DNA of 20,000 nucleotides. Source: an uncultured virus (IMG/VR IMGVR_UViG_3300008110_000044). Taxonomy: Duplodnaviria; Heunggongvirae; Uroviricota; Caudoviricetes. Of this stretch, positions 15,817-20,000 are shown one piece after another. Positions within the stretch are counted from its first letter, which is position 1. Every line of letters starts with the position of its first letter. Below the pieces are notes generated by a model. That model was given only the letters and a program-made list of their open reading frames with translations. It ran no database searches and was not told where the DNA came from. Position numbers and translations under genes: made by a program. The stretch lies in IMG/VR virus record IMGVR_UViG_3300008110_000044. One strand, written 5' to 3'.

Positions 15817-18800
15817 CTAATTTATTTTTAAGTTCTTCAATTTGTTTCTGTTGTTCTTTAACGGCTTCAATCAATACTGCAGTAAGACCTTGATATCTTA
15901 CTGACATGAATCCATCATCATTAGTTCTAGCCAACTCAGGCAGTACTTTTTGCACCTCTTGGGCAATCACACCTACGTCCTCTTTAATATTAGCAAGGGG
16001 ATCTATAGTATTCCAGTCAAATCTATAACCAGTAAGACTCATAACTTTTGAAAGAGCATTAGGAATTATTTCCTTAACTTTCTTTAGTCTAGCATCAGAA
16101 GGAGAACCATAAGCCACAACATCACCACTAGATGTAAGAGTACCAGATGCATTTATTTCAAGTCTTATTGAACTATTTACACTAAATAATAATTTATCAC
16201 TAGAACCATTATGGGTATATGCTATACGACCTACTATAGCATTATCAGAAGTATTAACAAAATGCAAACCTTGGTCATATCCGTCTGGACTAGAAAACAA
16301 CAAATAAGCATGACTATTTCTAGTGATATGAACAACATTATTCATATCACTTGTTGTATAACTTGCACTACCACTATTACCATGTATTCTTAACTGGCAA
16401 TCCCATTGAGAATCTGTATCTCCTATAGTAGTTTTACCTGTTGAATGCTCATATGCAGCATATGTCCTAACGCCAGGTTCTCTAAATATAAAGTTATCAT
16501 TGCTATGATACCATGCCCAGTCTCTATTATTAGAAGCTCTAGAACGTATAGTATAATCATTACTTGGATGCTTAAACACCGCAGCTTCAGTATCTGAACT
16601 TCTAGCTGTTACATACACACCACCAGCAGGTATCTCTAGTTGACCGTTATAAACAATTGCATTCTGTCTTCCATCAGTAGATATCCACTGTGTATGATGT
16701 GGAGAACGAGGCATATCTACAGAAGAACTACTATGATTTGTATAAGTAAATGGTCCGTGAGTCATACTCAAATCTGAATACTTAACTTTTACTGTATAGT
16801 ACTTTCCTGCACCACAAGACGGATTAACTATTAGTTTTAAAACATAGTTATTTGCAGGGTCATCACCATAAACACCACGCAATCCATATTGGTTAGTACC
16901 ATTCCATAGACCAACATTATTATCAGAACCTGCTGATGCTACCAAGTTTGACGATATTCTATCTCCTACCCATACTATCCACTTTTTATACTCAACATAT
17001 CCTGCAGGAGTATATCCACGATGTGAACCAAATACTTCAATTTCTATAAAACTTCTGTAACTTCCTCCACCACTTAGCGTTCCAATAGTGTATATCCTTG
17101 CTTTTTCTGTACATGAAGGATAATCATCAGGAGTTGATATATTACCACTATATTCAGTAGTAGGAACTGTACCTGTACTATGCCTTAAATAAGTATTTGT
17201 ATCTAACCCCCCAGAAGATATAGTTACATTTAATGCTTGCGATATTGTTAGTCCTAAAGCATTATCCCCCCTTCTAATCTCATAGTTTTCTGAATTATAT
17301 GTACCTACTAACCATTTATCTACTCCATTATGTTTATATCTTACTCTAACATCTGCACCGCTTGTAGTATCCATTGAAATCAAGCAGTTATCAGATGATA
17401 TTAAATTAAGAAGTCCATAACCACCAACATGAGATCCTTTAACATGAAGTATGCCATTTGCTGATGTATCACCTATTGCAAATCTTCCTCCGTTGTTAAT
17501 ATAGTTTGTTTCTGTAGAATTAGCTGTAAAGTCATGCGTAGTTGTACCGTTAGACTTAAGTTTTATGTAGCCTACTTCAGAGCTACCTGAAGTTCTATCA
17601 CCCATTTCAATAAATGTATAACTTGGACCTGCCATGTTAAGTCTTGGAGAATCAAGACCCGTACCGTTTATTGTTAAAGTTCCTGTAGTTGTAAAGTTTA
17701 CATAAGACCTAACCTCATCTGATTTAAAGCCTATAATCTTAGTCCATCCTGATGAATATATACCAAATGCTCTACTAGAACTTGTATGAATACCCATTCC
17801 GTATCTTCCAAATACTCCATTTGTAGTATTTGCTTTAATAATACCTTCATCCCATCCATTAGAAGTATCAGCTGCTCCAAATCTTACATATGGCCATTCA
17901 GTAGTATCAGCATTTGTAAATGGAAACTGTACATAAGTGCCACTTAAATATACACTACCGTTAAATGTTACATTAGAACTTGTCGACGCTCCTCTTCCTG
18001 TAACTGTAGCTAAAGTATCAGTCAAAGAAGTTATAGCATATGAACTTATATTACCACTATGTAATAACCTATACCAACTACCCCAAGTACCCGCACTATC
18101 TCTATGACGTAAAGCAAATATACCAGTAGGATCTACATCAGTATAAAATTGTGTTACATATCCACCACCTGTCCATCTCCAAGCTTGAATATAACCATCT
18201 CCACCACCAGTAGAAGATGTTACAATATAACTAGCTGTTTGATTAAAACCCGGGAATGCATCATTTTCTGCAACAGCTGTGGTGTTCATCACTTGAGAAC
18301 CTGTAATACTAATACCCCACGTACCACTTGCTCCACCACCTGTTAAAGTTGGAGAGTAAGAGTTATAGTTTGCTTCATGAAGTACAGCTCTATATACAGA
18401 ACTAATATATAACTTTAAAGAACCAATACTAGTTGTTCCTTCAGGTGCAGCACTTGTTGCATATATTCTTAATTCATTAGTTGGTTGATGATAATATACT
18501 CTAGCAGAACCACTACCAGCACCTTGATAGTATAATCTAAAGTCATTAGAATCAGTATTATAAATATTTACAGCACCTGATAATGTAATAGCCGTGCTTG
18601 TTGTTGCACCACGACCAGTTACAGATGCCAAAGTATCTGTTTCTGTGTAAGAACTTAACTTACTATTTAACTGAGTTTGAATAGAGCTAGTAACACCTTT
18701 TACATAACTAAGTTCTGTAAGAGATGGATATGTTGCTGTCAAAAGAGAACTAATAGTACCACCACTCCAATACGCAATAGTATCATCGGTACCTGATAAA

Positions 18801-19966
18801 GTACCTAATTGTTTGCCACTAGCGTACACCATTTTATTACCAGTAGCAAAAGTTGTAACTTCTATGTTTGTAGCTGTTAGCAAACCACTAACTGTTATGC
18901 CCGCAGTTGTTGTAGCTCCTCTAGATGTAACTGTAGCAAGAGTATCTACTTCAGTATAACTAGTAATAAATGCAGGAGCACCTGTAATTTTAGACCATGC
19001 TAAAGTTGTAATCCAAGAAGGATTAGAGTATGTACTAGTAGTATATACTAAACTATCTGTAATACCGTATCCTGCTATAGTAGTAGGGGTACCTGTTACT
19101 TTAGACCATGCTACATCTGTTATCTGAGCATTTCCTACAGAAGAAAGAGTAGCTAAAGATCCAAGCCCAAGGTTGGTACGACCATACCCTTGCTGAGTAG
19201 ACGTAAGACCTTGAGTATTAATATCTATTCTTAGTCTGTTACTAAGAGCCGTAGATACTGTAGTAGCAAAGTTTGGATCGTCACCAAGAGCTGCCGCTAA
19301 TTCATCAAGAGTATCAAGTAAACCAGGGGCTCCTGATACTAGATTATTAATTTGAGTAGATACATATGACTGAGTTGCATAAGAGTTAGCAGTTAAATAA
19401 GTTCCTACGCGGGCGTCTGTGTAATACAGATTGGTGCCTTCTACCAGATTAGTTGTACTCTTAGTAGCAAGTCTTGTATCAAAGTCACTATTTACTCTAG
19501 CAGTAGTATAGTAAAGATTGGTACCTTCAGATAAATTAGTAGTTGACTTAGCTGTAAAAGCTGTATCAAAACGAGCCTGGGTATAATATAAGTTTGTACC
19601 CTCAGCTACGGCTGTGGTATTAAGAGTTTGGAAAGACTTGTCTCCTCTCCAGTACTGAGATGTGGTACCCGCTGTAATAGCTGGTTCACCACCTAGTCCT
19701 GATAATGTATAAGTAGGTACATTAAGTGTATTACTTACCAGTGTTGCGGAACCACTTGACCCTGTAGCAGTAAGAGTAAGAGCCCCTTGATAGCTAAGTC
19801 CGGTAACATAAGTACGAACCCAAGAAGTACTTGGGATCTTATTTGTGTTATCAGAACTATGCGGGTTCTCTCCTACAGTAAGCGTAGCTGGTAGCGCCAC
19901 GTGCCCGTTAGCATCATACTGTACTATGTTGACTATATGTGAGGTCTTCCTACCTTTGTTATTCAT
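15800..19966 (-). CDS. Long tail fibre with C-terminal intramolecular chaperone (peptidase S74) domain
   Basis: 1388 aa. Fibre motifs 'APGLLDTLDELAAALGDDPNFATT', 'PTTIAGYGITD', 3x 'EGTNLYYT.AR', 3x 'DTLA.VT.RGA.T'. C-terminal 'SDARLK...GVIAQEVQKVLPE...VRYQGLTAVLIEAVKEQQKQIEELK'. Confidence 0.92.
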   Translation of the reverse strand: MNNKGRKTSHIVNIVQYDANGHVALPATLTVGENPHSSDNTNKIPSTSWVRTYVTGLSYQGALTLTATGSSGSATLVSNTLNVPTYTLSGLGGEPAITAGTTSQYWRGDKSFQTLNTTAVAEGTNLYYTQARFDTAFTAKSTTNLSEGTNLYYTTARVNSDFDTRLATKSTTNLVEGTNLYYTDARVGTYLTANSYATQSYVSTQINNLVSGAPGLLDTLDELAAALGDDPNFATTVSTALSNRLRIDINTQGLTSTQQGYGRTNLGLGSLATLSSVGNAQITDVAWSKVTGTPTTIAGYGITDSLVYTTSTYSNPSWITTLAWSKITGAPAFITSYTEVDTLATVTSRGATTTAGITVSGLLTATNIEVTTFATGNKMVYASGKQLGTLSGTDDTIAYWSGGTISSLLTATYPSLTELSYVKGVTSSIQTQLNSKLSSYTETDTLASVTGRGATTSTAITLSGAVNIYNTDSNDFRLYYQGAGSGSARVYYHQPTNELRIYATSAAPEGTTSIGSLKLYISSVYRAVLHEANYNSYSPTLTGGGASGTWGISITGSQVMNTTAVAENDAFPGFNQTASYIVTSSTGGGDGYIQAWRWTGGGYVTQFYTDVDPTGIFALRHRDSAGTWGSWYRLLHSGNISSYAITSLTDTLATVTGRGASTSSNVTFNGSVYLSGTYVQFPFTNADTTEWPYVRFGAADTSNGWDEGIIKANTTNGVFGRYGMGIHTSSSRAFGIYSSGWTKIIGFKSDEVRSYVNFTTTGTLTINGTGLDSPRLNMAGPSYTFIEMGDRTSGSSEVGYIKLKSNGTTTHDFTANSTETNYINNGGRFAIGDTSANGILHVKGSHVGGYGLLNLISSDNCLISMDTTSGADVRVRYKHNGVDKWLVGTYNSENYEIRRGDNALGLTISQALNVTISSGGLDTNTYLRHSTGTVPTTEYSGNISTPDDYPSCTEKARIYTIGTLSGGGSYRSFIEIEVFGSHRGYTPAGYVEYKKWIVWVGDRISSNLVASAGSDNNVGLWNGTNQYGLRGVYGDDPANNYVLKLIVNPSCGAGKYYTVKVKYSDLSMTHGPFTYTNHSSSSVDMPRSPHHTQWISTDGRQNAIVYNGQLEIPAGGVYVTARSSDTEAAVFKHPSNDYTIRSRASNNRDWAWYHSNDNFIFREPGVRTYAAYEHSTGKTTIGDTDSQWDCQLRIHGNSGSASYTTSDMNNVVHITRNSHAYLLFSSPDGYDQGLHFVNTSDNAIVGRIAYTHNGSSDKLLFSVNSSIRLEINASGTLTSSGDVVAYGSPSDARLKKVKEIIPNALSKVMSLTGYRFDWNTIDPLANIKEDVGVIAQEVQKVLPELARTNDDGFMSVRYQGLTAVLIEAVKEQQKQIEELKNKLDGLTK
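19410..19615 (-). repeat. Three tandem 'T(T)..EGTNLYYT.AR' fibre repeats
   Basis: Visible in the translation: TTAVAEGTNLYYTQAR / STTNLSEGTNLYYTTAR / STTNLVEGTNLYYTDAR. Confidence 0.85.
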
Positions 19967-20000
19967 AGGTTATTACTTATTTATCAATTGTTTTACTAGA

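Noticed and set aside
1631..18346. Short plus-strand ORFs in the track (1631, 2336, 4906, 6768, 7193, 8261, 9337, 12510, 13045, 14343, 16211, 18149)
   Set aside because: Nearly all are antisense shadows of long minus-strand genes (2336 mostly spans the terminator region), with no recognisable motifs or start context.
9347..19966. Diversity-generating retroelement or invertible tail-fibre cassette
   Set aside because: No reverse transcriptase or recombinase, no template/variable repeat pair differing at adenines, and no inverted gene pieces seen in this window.
19977..20000. Possible 3' end of an upstream gene (...SSKTIDK-TAA)
   Set aside because: Plausible from spacing, but only 24 nt are visible, too little to support a call.

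Overview
Dense, AT-rich, single-orientation (all minus strand) segment of a large tailed-phage genome, most likely a Bacteroidota-infecting, Crassvirales-related phage. Evidence for that: an IHF/HU-like gene next to a crAss-type ring/tail-tube-like gene, starts without Shine-Dalgarno sequences, and a Bacteroidota-like promoter. In transcription order (right to left) the window holds: two tandem 'long fibre with C-terminal S74 self-cleaving chaperone + translationally coupled putative tip protein' cassettes; an Asp-box beta-propeller protein; a separately regulated small gene; a block of Cys-rich FN3/Ig-like virion proteins; a terminator; a calcineurin-like metallophosphoesterase; the IHF-like gene; and a partial ring-protein-like gene. 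The most unusual signal is that domains appear split across adjacent in-frame genes. Proteins end in an orphan FN3 'A-strand' (CPxxTxV/LxA) while a neighbouring protein starts with an FN3 domain lacking that strand, which suggests donor-strand-linked chains of virion surface proteins. All family assignments come from motif recognition by eye, not database searches.
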